From contig JAYUGC010000014.1 of the NCBI GenBank assembly GCA_043767805.1, positions 1 through 64,000 of the forward strand: DNA of 64,000 nt, read 5' to 3'. Below are positions 19,753 through 29,431 of this stretch, one piece after another. The notes below the pieces were generated by a model, which saw nothing but the letters and a program-made list of their open reading frames with translations, did not search any database and was not told the origin of the DNA. Position 1 is the stretch's first letter. The number at the start of each line of letters is the position of its first letter. Source of the stretch: Pseudomonadota bacterium. GTDB taxonomy: Bacteria; Bdellovibrionota; FAC87; UBA2466. A program made the translations under genes and the position numbers.

Positions 19753-20835
19753 ATGCCTAAAAAGCCTCTTTATTACGGCGACTATTTGCACCTCGATACC
19801 TTGCTCGGGACCCAAAAGCCGGAGAGCACGCGACTCGGCGCGCCCGTGCATGATGAGATGCTCTTCATCATCACCCACCAGGTGTACGAGCTCTGGTTCC
19901 GGCAAATCCTCCATGAGCTCGACTCCTGCCGCGAGATTTTAGCCGGTCAGCAGCTGGCCGATCAGCAGATGTCGGTACTCGTTTCTCGGCTTCACCGGGT
20001 GACGGAAATTCAGCGGGTGCTGGTGGACCAGATCAATATCCTGGAAACCATGTCGCCCATGGATTTCCTCGAGTTCCGGGACACGCTTTCGCCGGCGTCC
20101 GGCTTTCAGAGCTTTCAGTTTCGCCTCGTCGAAAATCGTTTGGGCTTGAAGGTGCGCAACGAGTACACGGCGGGCGGGTACCAGACTCGCTTGAGCGAAG
20201 CGCACCAAAAGACGGTCTCGCTCGCCGAGAAAGAGCCGTCCCTGTTTGAGCTCATCGACAAGTGGCTCGCGCGGACGCCTTTTTTGAGAAATGACGAGTT
20301 CAAGTTCTGGGAGTCCTACCGGGGCGCGGTCGAAGGCGTGCTCGCTCACGACGAAGCTTACATAAAAGGCGACCAAGAGCTCAGCCCCGCGGAGCGGGAC
20401 TCGCAATTAAAGAAAGTCGCGGCGACCCGCGTGAACTTCCAGGCGCTCTTCGATCAAAAGAAGTATGACGAGCTACTCAATAAGGGCGAGCGGCGTCTGA
20501 GCTTGGAGAGCACGCAAGCGGCGCTCCTCATCATGCTCTACCGCGAGCAGCCGGTATTTCAGCATCCGTACCGGCTCTTGTCGTTACTCATCGATATCGA
20601 TGAAGGCTTTACCCAGTGGCGGTCCCGGCATTCGCAACTTGTGTTTCGGATGATTGGCACCAAGATTGGAACCGGCGGATCCTCCGGCTTTGATTACCTG
20701 AGACAGACGGCGGAGAAGCACAAGATTTTCTCCGATCTCGCCAATCTCTCTTCGTTTCTCATTCCGCGCTCGGTATTGCCGGAGCTTCCGGAACGGTTTC
20801 GTAAGTTGTTGGGCTTTTCTTATACGGACGCGTGA
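19753..20835 (+). CDS. kynA: Tryptophan 2,3-dioxygenase (long form)
   Basis: YGDYLHLD, HDEMLFIITHQVYELWF, PASGFQSFQFR, GTGGSSG. Confidence 0.95.
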   Translation: MPKKPLYYGDYLHLDTLLGTQKPESTRLGAPVHDEMLFIITHQVYELWFRQILHELDSCREILAGQQLADQQMSVLVSRLHRVTEIQRVLVDQINILETMSPMDFLEFRDTLSPASGFQSFQFRLVENRLGLKVRNEYTAGGYQTRLSEAHQKTVSLAEKEPSLFELIDKWLARTPFLRNDEFKFWESYRGAVEGVLAHDEAYIKGDQELSPAERDSQLKKVAATRVNFQALFDQKKYDELLNKGERRLSLESTQAALLIMLYREQPVFQHPYRLLSLLIDIDEGFTQWRSRHSQLVFRMIGTKIGTGGSSGFDYLRQTAEKHKIFSDLANLSSFLIPRSVLPELPERFRKLLGFSYTDA

Positions 20836-20839
20836 CGAG

Positions 20840-21133
20840 CTACTTGAGCTCGTTGAAGCTGCGGATGTGGACCGAAGGCTTGCGTTGGAGGACGGGCTCC
20901 GACGCCGTGGACCCGATGGCCGGCTCGCTGATGACGCCTCTTTCTCGGGGCGCGAGGGGCTGAGAAACCGCGGTGGCTACCGGTGCGCTCGCTTCGGCGG
21001 CCGCTTCCACGGCGGAGTTCGTGTTGGCGACGAAGCTGTTTTTGAAAACATCGCGATCCTGGCAGGCCGCGCAGGCAAAAGCCTGAGCGGAAACCAGAGT
21101 CGAGACCAGCGTTATGAGAGCCAAGCGAAACAT
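20840..21133 (-). CDS. Small secreted hypothetical protein
   Basis: Signal peptide MFRLALITLVSTLVSAQAFA followed by CAAC. Confidence 0.6.
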   Translation of the reverse strand: MFRLALITLVSTLVSAQAFACAACQDRDVFKNSFVANTNSAVEAAAEASAPVATAVSQPLAPRERGVISEPAIGSTASEPVLQRKPSVHIRSFNELK

Positions 21134-21264
21134 CGTACTCAAAGAGAAGTACAAGTCCCGGGCCAGATTCCCAGGCTCGCCGTTTCCGCCCAGATTGACG
21201 TTTCTTAGGGCGTATTCCCCCCGAATACCCTCGACCCAAGCCTGTACACCCCCTGTCCAACCCC

Positions 21265-21288
21265 AAAAGGTGTCTGGATACTTTTAGC
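21265..21288. repeat. Single REP-like unit
   Basis: AAAAGGTGTCTGGATACTTTTAGC, 1 mismatch to the 5003 copy. Confidence 0.85.
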
Positions 21289-21321
21289 CATCGCGGCGGG
21301 ACGGGGGGCGGGGAGAGGGTT

Positions 21322-22335
21322 ATGATTCGGGCCGTGCGGATTCTCATCGATATGGTTCACCCGGCGCATGTGCACTTTTTCAGGCCACTGCTGGCGCGTT
21401 TGAAGGAGCGGGGGCACGAGCTTTTCGTGACCTCGCGGGACAAGGACTGCACCCTAGATCTTCTCGACGCGTTTCGCATTTCGCATTTGCCGCTCACCAG
21501 GGCGGCGAAATCGAAATGGGGACTTGCGCGTGAGATGGTCTTGCGGGACGCGCGGCTCATCGGCGCAATGAAACGTTTTAAGCCGGATCTCGTGCTGGGC
21601 AAAGAAGCGGCGTGTGCGCATCAAGCGGCCTGGCTGCTCGGCGTTCCGTCCCTTGCGGTCGATGACACCGACGATGCGAGCTGGCAGCGAAGGTTGTCGC
21701 TTCCTTTCGCCACTCGCGTTGCCGCCGATCCTGCGGCTCGTGTCTCTCGCTCGCACCTGCCCGTCCCCGGCGTGAGCGCGCTCACCTATCTGCATCCGCG
21801 GCGCTTCAGCCCTCCGACCGAAGTGAGCGATTCGATTTTGGTGCGGCTGGTGCGGTGGGAATCGAGTCACGATTTGGGAGAGGGTGGCTTCGCAGAAAAA
21901 AGCCTGACCACGCTCGTGAAGGGGCTCTCCCGTTTTGGAATGGTAAAAATTTCTTCTGAAAGACGGCTTCCCGAAAAGCTTCGTCCTTATCTAATCGAGA
22001 TCGCGCCGGAGCAATTGCATCAATGGATGGCGAGCTGCCGGCTCTACGTGGGAGAGAGCGCCACCATGGCCGCCGAATGCGCGGTATTGGGCGTGCCAGC
22101 GATTTACTGCAGCACGCGTGAGCTTTGGTACACGCGGCTTCTCGAACAGCGCGGACTTTTGAGCCACGTGCGCAGCACGAAGCTCGCTCTGAAGGCGGCG
22201 GCTATTTGGGCCGGCATGCCTCGCGCGGAGCTACGTTCGCGCCGGGACGCCTATCTGGCCGAAGTCGGAGATCCGGTCGAGCGCTGGGTCCAGATCATAG
22301 AGTCAAACCGCCGCTCCAAAGCTGGATCACATTGA
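21322..22335 (+). CDS. DUF354-family GT-B-fold protein
   Basis: IDMVHPAHVHFFR, VTSRDKD, YLHP, GESATMAAECAVLGVPAI. Confidence 0.85.
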   Translation: MIRAVRILIDMVHPAHVHFFRPLLARLKERGHELFVTSRDKDCTLDLLDAFRISHLPLTRAAKSKWGLAREMVLRDARLIGAMKRFKPDLVLGKEAACAHQAAWLLGVPSLAVDDTDDASWQRRLSLPFATRVAADPAARVSRSHLPVPGVSALTYLHPRRFSPPTEVSDSILVRLVRWESSHDLGEGGFAEKSLTTLVKGLSRFGMVKISSERRLPEKLRPYLIEIAPEQLHQWMASCRLYVGESATMAAECAVLGVPAIYCSTRELWYTRLLEQRGLLSHVRSTKLALKAAAIWAGMPRAELRSRRDAYLAEVGDPVERWVQIIESNRRSKAGSH

Positions 22336-22382
22336 TCCAAATCCCATTGATCCGGCACGCTCCCGCGTGGCATTTTAGTTAA

Positions 22383-23186
22383 ATGCTCCTCGAACTAAAT
22401 GACTACCGCGTCTTCCTATCGGAAGAGCTGGCCCGCCGCACCAAGGCGCACCCGCGGTACTCCCAGCGCGCCTTCGCCCGGGACTTGAGAATCAGCGCGG
22501 GGGAACTATCCGAAGTGCTTCAGAAAAAGCGTCGGCTCAGTGTGCGCTCGGCGTTGAAGGTCGCCCGCTACCTGTCTCTAAATACCACTGAAACGAAGCA
22601 CCTTTTGTTCCTGGTTCAGCTGGACGGCGCCGCCGATTCCCGGGAAGCCCTCGAGCGCGGTCCCTGGCAATCCATGGCGCCGGACGCAAGCGCCGGGCTC
22701 GATCGGTTTCGCCTGGTCTCCGACTGGACCTGCTTTGCGATTTTGAACCTTTCCGAATGCGACAATTTTCGTCCTCTGGAAAGCTGGATGGCCAAGCGCC
22801 TCGGCATTTCCGCGTCCCAAACGAGAGTGGCCCTAGGCCGTCTCGAAAAAGTGGGCCTCGCGAAACGCGCCCAAGGACGCTGGCATTTTCCGAAAGGCGA
22901 CATCGCCGCGCCTGAAGGCGTGCCTTCGGAATCCATCCGCGCTTATCACGGACAAATCTTGGAGAGAGCGGCCCGTGCCTTGGAGCTGCAGCCTGTACAC
23001 GAGAGAGAATTCGCGGGCGTCGGTTTCGCGGTGGATCCCAAACAGCTTCCCGCCATGAAGCGTGACGTAAGTCATTTTCTCGATGAGATGATCGCGAAAT
23101 ATGCGAAGGGCAAGAACCGCACGGAAGTATATCAATTGGAAATGGCTTTGTTTCGGCTGACCGAAGGAGACTCGAATGCGAACTAA
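22383..23186 (+). CDS. TIGR02147-family (DUF4423, N-terminal HTH) protein
   Basis: DYRVFLSEEL...PRYSQRAFARDL, SESIRAYH, VYQLEMALF. Confidence 0.88.
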   Translation: MLLELNDYRVFLSEELARRTKAHPRYSQRAFARDLRISAGELSEVLQKKRRLSVRSALKVARYLSLNTTETKHLLFLVQLDGAADSREALERGPWQSMAPDASAGLDRFRLVSDWTCFAILNLSECDNFRPLESWMAKRLGISASQTRVALGRLEKVGLAKRAQGRWHFPKGDIAAPEGVPSESIRAYHGQILERAARALELQPVHEREFAGVGFAVDPKQLPAMKRDVSHFLDEMIAKYAKGKNRTEVYQLEMALFRLTEGDSNAN

Positions 23187-24510
23187 GGGAATGTGGTTGT
23201 TAGCGTTGCTGATGTCCTGGAGTACGCTCGGGGCGACGAAGGTAGGTAACGGCGATGACGGCGCGGATCTCGAAGCCGGCACGCCGGTCACCGAAGGGCC
23301 GATTCTCGAGGCGCGGGACGCGGCCGTGAAAAAGCTCGAGTCCTTGAACGTACGCGGCATTCCAGGCCTCGGGCAACTCGCGCCCGAGGCGGCAAGCGCG
23401 AAGCTCGTCATGGCGAAAGAAGACGTTGAAGCGCGCGTGCAGGAAGACCAGGGTGCCTTTCACGTGAACTTTCAGGGCAAAGTCTACGCCCGCACTTTTG
23501 CGGAGACTCACGCGGCGACTCGCTTTTTCCCCGCCGCCTTGAAGCTCGATAAAGAGCAGCTCACGGCGCTCCATATTCACGAAGCACTCCACCGCGCGTT
23601 GCCCGAGAGCGTGCGCGAAAACGAGAGCACCGTCGCGGCCATTACGCTTTCGATGACATCCCCCGAGGCAAATCACGACCGCGTTCGCCACACGGTTGCT
23701 TCCCTCGTGCCCGAAACGGTCATCGCCAAAGACGCGAAGCCCGTGGAAATCGATCATTTCAAGACGCCCTCGCAAGTCGGCTATCGTTACACTTTGTTTC
23801 AGTCGGGAAACACGCCGTCGCAGTATCCGATTCAGTCGATGCACTCGGTGGTGAGCGAGCTTTATCCTTTTGGTGGCTTGAACGCGCCCTTCGGTATGGG
23901 CATCGAAGGCTCTCTGGTGAAAGACGCTAAGGGCAGTCACATGGGCCCGCTCGGGCTATCGGCGCGACTTAGAGCATGGACCGTGCGGGACTTCGCCGTG
24001 GGGTTCTGGGCCGAGGCGAGCCTTAATACGCTTTCCGCCGACGAGCTCAAAAATTCTCCTTTCGGACGCGATGTTTTCTCGGTGGGAATCTCGTTCAAAA
24101 AAGAGCTGACCCGCTTTTACGTCGAGAATCGGGTTGGTATCAGTTTCGCGGGCGCCGCCGCGCAAAACGTGGGGCTCGTGGCCTATAAGTATGACTACGG
24201 TCACGTATGGGATGTGAACCTACGCGCGGGAACGACCCTATGGAAAATCGACCTTGGAGCCTACGTCGATCTTAAATTGGCCGACCACTTGCGAGTGTCG
24301 GGTGGCGCCTTCAATTACGATAGCGGCCGGTACCGGATCCTTTCGGGAGGTCCGGAGATCGCTTTTCGCACCGAGGACGTGGTTTTCTCCGTCTTCGGCC
24401 GGTTTCTTCTCGATTCCACCAAGGGGGCGAGCTTCGATTACTTAGGCAACCTCCTCGGCGCCGGCGTGGCTCAGGGTGGCGTAGGCGCGAGCCTGGGGGT
24501 CTTCTTCTAA
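23176..24510 (+). CDS. Secreted protein with HExxH motif and putative C-terminal beta-barrel
   Basis: Signal peptide, TKVGNGDDG, HIHEALH, amphipathic beta strands, terminal Phe. Confidence 0.6.
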   Translation: MRTKGMWLLALLMSWSTLGATKVGNGDDGADLEAGTPVTEGPILEARDAAVKKLESLNVRGIPGLGQLAPEAASAKLVMAKEDVEARVQEDQGAFHVNFQGKVYARTFAETHAATRFFPAALKLDKEQLTALHIHEALHRALPESVRENESTVAAITLSMTSPEANHDRVRHTVASLVPETVIAKDAKPVEIDHFKTPSQVGYRYTLFQSGNTPSQYPIQSMHSVVSELYPFGGLNAPFGMGIEGSLVKDAKGSHMGPLGLSARLRAWTVRDFAVGFWAEASLNTLSADELKNSPFGRDVFSVGISFKKELTRFYVENRVGISFAGAAAQNVGLVAYKYDYGHVWDVNLRAGTTLWKIDLGAYVDLKLADHLRVSGGAFNYDSGRYRILSGGPEIAFRTEDVVFSVFGRFLLDSTKGASFDYLGNLLGAGVAQGGVGASLGVFF

Positions 24511-25157
24511 TGCGCGCTTTTCTCGCCTTGCCTCTGTTGGCACTTCTCTCCGGCTGCGGGTATCCGTACTTGGGAGGAACAACCGCTCCCTCCGTGTCCC
24601 AAACGTTTTCGCTCGACGCCGTGAAACAAATTTCTCCGGACATCGTCGGCGGAGACACGCCGTCCGCGTACGGACAAGCCGCTTATGACTTGGCGAGTGA
24701 AGCGCGGCTGCTTTTTCGCTACGAAAGTTTCAGTACGCACGTGAGCAACGTGAATCTAGAAAATAACAAGCGGGTCCTCGTGCAGGTAACCGTGGAAAGC
24801 GACCCCTCCGAGGCGCGCACTCGCTTGAAGCTCTGTCCGCTCGTTTCGGATTGGATGATGCTGGCGACTTGGACTCTCGCGCACCCGTTCGGACTCGGCG
24901 GGCAGTGGAAGAGCCCCGGAGCGGATTATGATGGCTCCGCCTGCGAGTCCGCTCAGCCCGTACCGGTCACTCCCGACCTGGATTACAAGCCCGAGCGGCT
25001 TTTCTTCGACATGACCCAGTGGTTTGTCGACTATGCGCGAGGACGCAACGTGAATTACGGCTGGGTGCTCAAGGCGTCGGGCACCGTGCGTGTCGTGGGG
25101 GATACTTCGGCTAGTAACTCCCCGCGGGTCTACTTCGAAAAATACCTCACTTATTAA
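24510..25157 (+). CDS. Lipoprotein, DNRLRE/CBM96-like domain
   Basis: Lipobox LLSGC; ARLLFRY...ATW...W-x-x-PGAD...FDMTQW...NYGWVLK...PR pattern. Confidence 0.65.
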   Translation: MRAFLALPLLALLSGCGYPYLGGTTAPSVSQTFSLDAVKQISPDIVGGDTPSAYGQAAYDLASEARLLFRYESFSTHVSNVNLENNKRVLVQVTVESDPSEARTRLKLCPLVSDWMMLATWTLAHPFGLGGQWKSPGADYDGSACESAQPVPVTPDLDYKPERLFFDMTQWFVDYARGRNVNYGWVLKASGTVRVVGDTSASNSPRVYFEKYLTY

Positions 25158-25329
25158 GGGGTCTTAACCCGTCCGGGAAAGATCTGTTCCATTTCGGGCA
25201 ATCGGGCTAGAGTTTCTCCTTTTCGCGAGGAGAAGCCAATGAGCCCTAAAACGTTTCGCTCCTCGAAATTTAATCACTGCCGTGGTGCGGCGGGCTCAAG
25301 CGAGAGCCCACTAGGAGCTAGTAAGCCAA

Positions 25330-26700
25330 GTGCAGTGGACGGAGTTTGAAACCGAACGCGAGCTGGGTCGAGGCGCCACCGCGCGGGTTTGGCTCGCGCG
25401 CCGGCTATCCGATGGCACGCCGCTCTGTCTCAAAGTCTTCCATCCCGGGCTCGGCGAAGCGGCGGAGCGCCGGATTTTGCGGGAAGCGGAATTCTCGGCA
25501 AGCCTCATTCATCCGAACATCGTGCGGGTGCTTGGCGCGGTGGCGGGCGGAGACACGGCGGTGCTCGCCTTGGAGCTTCTGGATGGAGGCAATCTAGAAG
25601 CCCACCAGGCGACTCTGCCCTACGTGCTTCCCGAAGTTTCCGTCGCCATTGTTGCCGAAGTGTTGAAAGCGCTCGAGTTCGCGCATTCTCTCGGCGTCAT
25701 TCATCGCGACCTCAAGCCCGGCAACGTGCTCTTGGATAAACTCGGGCGGGTCGCGGTAGCGGACTTTGGCCTTGCCCATGTGGTGGGTAACGAGATGACG
25801 GCGTCCATGGGACTTTTGGGATCAGTCGATTATCTTTCTCCCGAGCAGGTTTCCGGAGAAGCGGCTAGAGCCTCTTCCGATCTTTTTTCCGTCGCGGCCC
25901 TTCTCTATTTTCTCGTGACGGGAACCCGGCCGTTCACGCGTTTGAGCGCGGCGGCCACCATGGCGGCCATCCGTACCGAAGCCCCTGAACCGCCTCAAAA
26001 AAGAAATCCAAAGATCAGCCCCGAGCTTTCCCGGATTCTCTTGAAGGGTCTCGACAAAGATCCCGAGCGGCGTTTTAAAGATGCGGTCGAATTTAGGGGG
26101 GCGTTGCAGGGCTATCTCGGCGATTTGCGTTTGCTACCGTTCCCGCTGGCCGAGTGGCAGAAAGATCCGGCGGGCCGTACGATGGCGAGTCTCGAAGCCG
26201 CCGCGGAAGCGCTCATCCAGCGGGCCGAAGTCCAGCTGGTGCGCGCGGAGTGGGGCCCGTTTTTGGAGACCTTGAGCCATCTTTCGCTGAAGGCGCCCAG
26301 TACGCCGGCGCTCGCTCGGCTCACCGAGAGTTACCGCAAGGCGAAGCGGAGCCGCCGAAGGGCCGCGATCTTTTTCTGGACGGGATCGGTCGCGGGGCTG
26401 GCACTTCTCGTGTGGGGACTTTGGCCAGAGCGCAAGCTGCTCAAGCCCGTCCCTCCCGCGGCGGTGGCGGCGCCTGACGCGCTTCCCAAGGTCGCAAAGC
26501 CAAAGGTCGGACGCGTTCAGTTCAAAGTTCCGGATTCAGTGACGGTTTTCTGGGACGGTCACAAGATAGATCCGAAGCTAGGCCTTCTGGAAGAAAAACT
26601 AGGGGAGCACTGGCTTCTCATGGAAAGAGAAGGCTTTGCCCCCATTCGGAGCAAAGTACGGGTGAGGGCGGAAAAACCGACCGTCATCCAAGTCGATTGA
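25330..26700 (+). CDS. Membrane-anchored Hanks-type Ser/Thr protein kinase
   Basis: LGRGATARV, CLKV, HRDLKPGN, DFG, YLSPE; one TM then a short PEGA-like C-terminus. Confidence 0.92.
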   Translation: MQWTEFETERELGRGATARVWLARRLSDGTPLCLKVFHPGLGEAAERRILREAEFSASLIHPNIVRVLGAVAGGDTAVLALELLDGGNLEAHQATLPYVLPEVSVAIVAEVLKALEFAHSLGVIHRDLKPGNVLLDKLGRVAVADFGLAHVVGNEMTASMGLLGSVDYLSPEQVSGEAARASSDLFSVAALLYFLVTGTRPFTRLSAAATMAAIRTEAPEPPQKRNPKISPELSRILLKGLDKDPERRFKDAVEFRGALQGYLGDLRLLPFPLAEWQKDPAGRTMASLEAAAEALIQRAEVQLVRAEWGPFLETLSHLSLKAPSTPALARLTESYRKAKRSRRRAAIFFWTGSVAGLALLVWGLWPERKLLKPVPPAAVAAPDALPKVAKPKVGRVQFKVPDSVTVFWDGHKIDPKLGLLEEKLGEHWLLMEREGFAPIRSKVRVRAEKPTVIQVD

Positions 26701-26710
26701 AGGAAAGTGT

Positions 26711-28423
26711 ATGTGGCTTCATGTAAGCGGCGGCTCCGATGAGCGTTTAGATAAACCCGTGACGACCGTTGGGCTCGGGGTCGGTTGCGATCTCGATTTA
26801 GGCGCCGGGGAGCCCGCGGCGTGGTTCTCGCTTCGGCGGTCGGGCGAAACTTTCGAAGTCCTTACCGGAGAGGAAGCGGTTCGGGTGAATGGAAAGCGCG
26901 TGTTCGGAAGCCGCCTCCTCGACGACGGCGATCGGCTCGAGTCGGGCAGCCGAAGTTTTATATTCTTGAAGCAGCTCGCGCGCGCGGTAAACGGCCGAGA
27001 GGTGCTGGCGAGTAAATGTTTGGAGCTACTTTCGTCTCTCGCCGCAAGTCTCGAGCGCGGTGCCGAGGTCGTTCTCGAAGATACGCTCGCGGCGCTCGTC
27101 GAGCTCGCCGGCGCTGAGTCGGGTCATTTAGTCGTCGAGAACGAGCGCAGCGGGGGCTGGGCCATTGCGGCCAGCGTCGGCGGGGAGGGAGCTGCCGGAA
27201 AAAAGGAGCTGCTTTCCAATACGGTTCTCAGAGAAGCGATCGCCTGCCGCAAGGCCGTGCACGTGGAGAGTCTCGTCGGCCATCCTTGGGCCGCCAATGC
27301 CTCGCTTCTCGGCGCGCGCATCTTTTCGCTCGCCTGCTTGCCGCTCTTCGTGTCGGGCCGGTGTTTCGGTTGCGTCTATCTCTACACGCGAACCCCGGGC
27401 CGCTCCATTCAGCGCGAGTGCCTGGACGATCTCGCGGTGCTTGCGACTCAAGCGGCTTTGTTGCTCGCGTCCGAGAGCCGCGCGGGACGTGCAAAAAGTA
27501 AAAGCCCCGCGGAACCTCGTTTGTCCTATTCGGAAGGCCCGATGCGGATGCTCGAAGAGCGGCTTGCCAAGCTTGCCCCTTCCGAGCTCACTCTTCTCGT
27601 TCTGGGTGAGACCGGGACGGGCAAGGAGCTCGTGGCCTGCGCCATTCATGGCAGAAGCCGCCGAGCGGCAGGACCTTTCGTGGCCGTCAACTGCGGCGCT
27701 TTGCCGCCGACCCTCATTGAATCGGTCCTGTTCGGTTACCAGAAAGGCGCTTTCACAGGTGCCGACCGCGACACGAAGGGCAAGTTCGCGGCAGCTGACG
27801 GAGGAACGCTTTTTCTAGACGAGATCGGGGACTTGCCGCTCGAGCTTCAGGTGAAGCTTTTGCGCGTGCTTCAAGAGCGGCAGATCGAGCCGCTCGGTGC
27901 GACGCGATCGGTTGCGGTGGACATACGCGTCGTCTCGGCGACTCATCGCGATTTGCAAGTGCTGGTGCGGGAAGGAAAGTTTCGCGAGGATCTCTTTTAT
28001 CGATTGGGCGGAGCGACTCTCGAGCTTCCACCGCTACGGGAACGTCCGGGGGATATTTTGCCTCTCGCCCAAGCCTTTCTCGAGCGCACTCACTCGGGCC
28101 TCGCTTTGTCGGAAGCCGCTTGTGAAAGGCTTCTCGCTCACCGCTGGCCCGGAAACGTGCGCGAGCTAGAGCAAGTCGTTGCCCGGGCCGCGGCTCTTGC
28201 GTCCGGCACTCTCATTGCGGCTGACGACCTGGAGCTTCGCGATACCGACGCTTCGGCTTCAGGGGAATTGCGAGAGGCAAGAGGCATCCACAGTTTTGAA
28301 ATGGTGCAACGAGCGCTCGCTCGTCTCGGGGGGAGCCGCGCCAGAGCGGCCTCCGCCCTCGGCATCTCGGAACGAACGCTTTATCGCATCCTTGCTTCTG
28401 ACGGGAGTGGCAGTGGCGTCTGA
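26711..28423 (+). CDS. sigma-54-dependent activator with FHA-like and GAF domains and Fis HTH
   Basis: GETGTGKE, GAFTGA, FLDEIG, FREDLFYRL, WPGNVREL, LGISERTLYR; N-terminal VRVNG...LDDGD. Confidence 0.92.
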   Translation: MWLHVSGGSDERLDKPVTTVGLGVGCDLDLGAGEPAAWFSLRRSGETFEVLTGEEAVRVNGKRVFGSRLLDDGDRLESGSRSFIFLKQLARAVNGREVLASKCLELLSSLAASLERGAEVVLEDTLAALVELAGAESGHLVVENERSGGWAIAASVGGEGAAGKKELLSNTVLREAIACRKAVHVESLVGHPWAANASLLGARIFSLACLPLFVSGRCFGCVYLYTRTPGRSIQRECLDDLAVLATQAALLLASESRAGRAKSKSPAEPRLSYSEGPMRMLEERLAKLAPSELTLLVLGETGTGKELVACAIHGRSRRAAGPFVAVNCGALPPTLIESVLFGYQKGAFTGADRDTKGKFAAADGGTLFLDEIGDLPLELQVKLLRVLQERQIEPLGATRSVAVDIRVVSATHRDLQVLVREGKFREDLFYRLGGATLELPPLRERPGDILPLAQAFLERTHSGLALSEAACERLLAHRWPGNVRELEQVVARAAALASGTLIAADDLELRDTDASASGELREARGIHSFEMVQRALARLGGSRARAASALGISERTLYRILASDGSGSGV

Positions 28424-28465
28424 CAAATTTGTCGGTCGCGGTGCTTCCCGCAAGGCTAATGCGCC

Positions 28466-28481
28466 CGGCACGGCTGTTGCA
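28466..28481 (+). promoter_or_regulatory. sigma-54 promoter
   Basis: CGGCACGGCTGTTGCA (GG-N10-GC) directly downstream of the activator gene; palindrome GACAAATTTGTC at 28422-28433. Confidence 0.8.
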
Positions 28482-28512
28482 CAAGGGGTCGGCAATCAAA
28501 CGGAGGCTTTTC

Positions 28513-29415
28513 ATGCGATTGCTTAAAGCAAAACGCCGGCTTCCCTGGCCCGCCCTTATGGTTTTGTTCCTTTTGGGTGCGTTGGGAATGTCGGTCGCCG
28601 GCTACAGTGAAACTTATAATTTCTATTTCGAGAAAAAGAAGACCGAGGGCAAAGACGAGGAAGAGGCGGCCCCCGTCGTGCCACCACCCGCTCAAGTGCC
28701 GACTCCGATCGTCATCAACAATAACAATACGAACAACGTGGGCACTCCCGCCGCGGTGACGACGAATAACAACGCCGGCGTCGCCTCGGCGCCGGTCGGC
28801 GCTCCCGCGTCGCTGCCGACCCTGGTCTCGCCAGCGCCGGCCCCGGTGGGGGAAACGTCGATCGTGACGGCGGCTTTCTCTCGCCCGCCGGAGCGATCCC
28901 CTTGGCGAATGTCTCTAACCGGGATGGCATTTTTTCAGGAGTACCCCAAGTCCTATCTGTCCAATGGCGAAAAGAAGTCCTCTACGGCATTCGATCCGAC
29001 GTGGGGTGGATTGCTCTCCGTGGGTTATAACTTCAGCCGATTCTTCGCCGTCAATCTCTATGGCGGTTTAAGAGTCGCTGATGTCGACACGAAAAGAGTC
29101 CACACCCATCTTGGCGCGGATCTCGAGTTCATGCCCTTCCGAATTCCGGTGTCCGAGCGCCACGATATCTTTGAGCTTGGTTTCCTCTTGGGAGGCAGTA
29201 CCGCCTTGGCGGCTAAGAATAAGAATACGCTGACGACGTTCGACTCCGCTGGGAAATCGGTTCAGATTTCCTCGGGAGAGTCTGATAACTGGGGCAGGCT
29301 CCATGTGGGCGTGCGAGTGAACATCAACATCGTGCCGGAATTCGGCATCACGACTTCGGCTCGCGGCAATTTAGGCTCCGTCCTCATTGAGGGCGGAATC
29401 GTCGCGCGGCTCTAA
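28513..29415 (+). CDS. Putative outer-membrane beta-barrel protein with Pro/Asn-rich N-terminal linker
   Basis: GGAGG RBS, signal peptide, low-complexity linker, about 8 amphipathic strands. Confidence 0.6.
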   Translation: MRLLKAKRRLPWPALMVLFLLGALGMSVAGYSETYNFYFEKKKTEGKDEEEAAPVVPPPAQVPTPIVINNNNTNNVGTPAAVTTNNNAGVASAPVGAPASLPTLVSPAPAPVGETSIVTAAFSRPPERSPWRMSLTGMAFFQEYPKSYLSNGEKKSSTAFDPTWGGLLSVGYNFSRFFAVNLYGGLRVADVDTKRVHTHLGADLEFMPFRIPVSERHDIFELGFLLGGSTALAAKNKNTLTTFDSAGKSVQISSGESDNWGRLHVGVRVNINIVPEFGITTSARGNLGSVLIEGGIVARL

Positions 29416-29431
29416 AAAGGAAAGATTATCA

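Noticed and set aside
22352..22383. GGCAC/TGGCA sigma-54-like sites before the TIGR02147 gene
   Set aside because: No GC at the -12 position with 10-nt spacing
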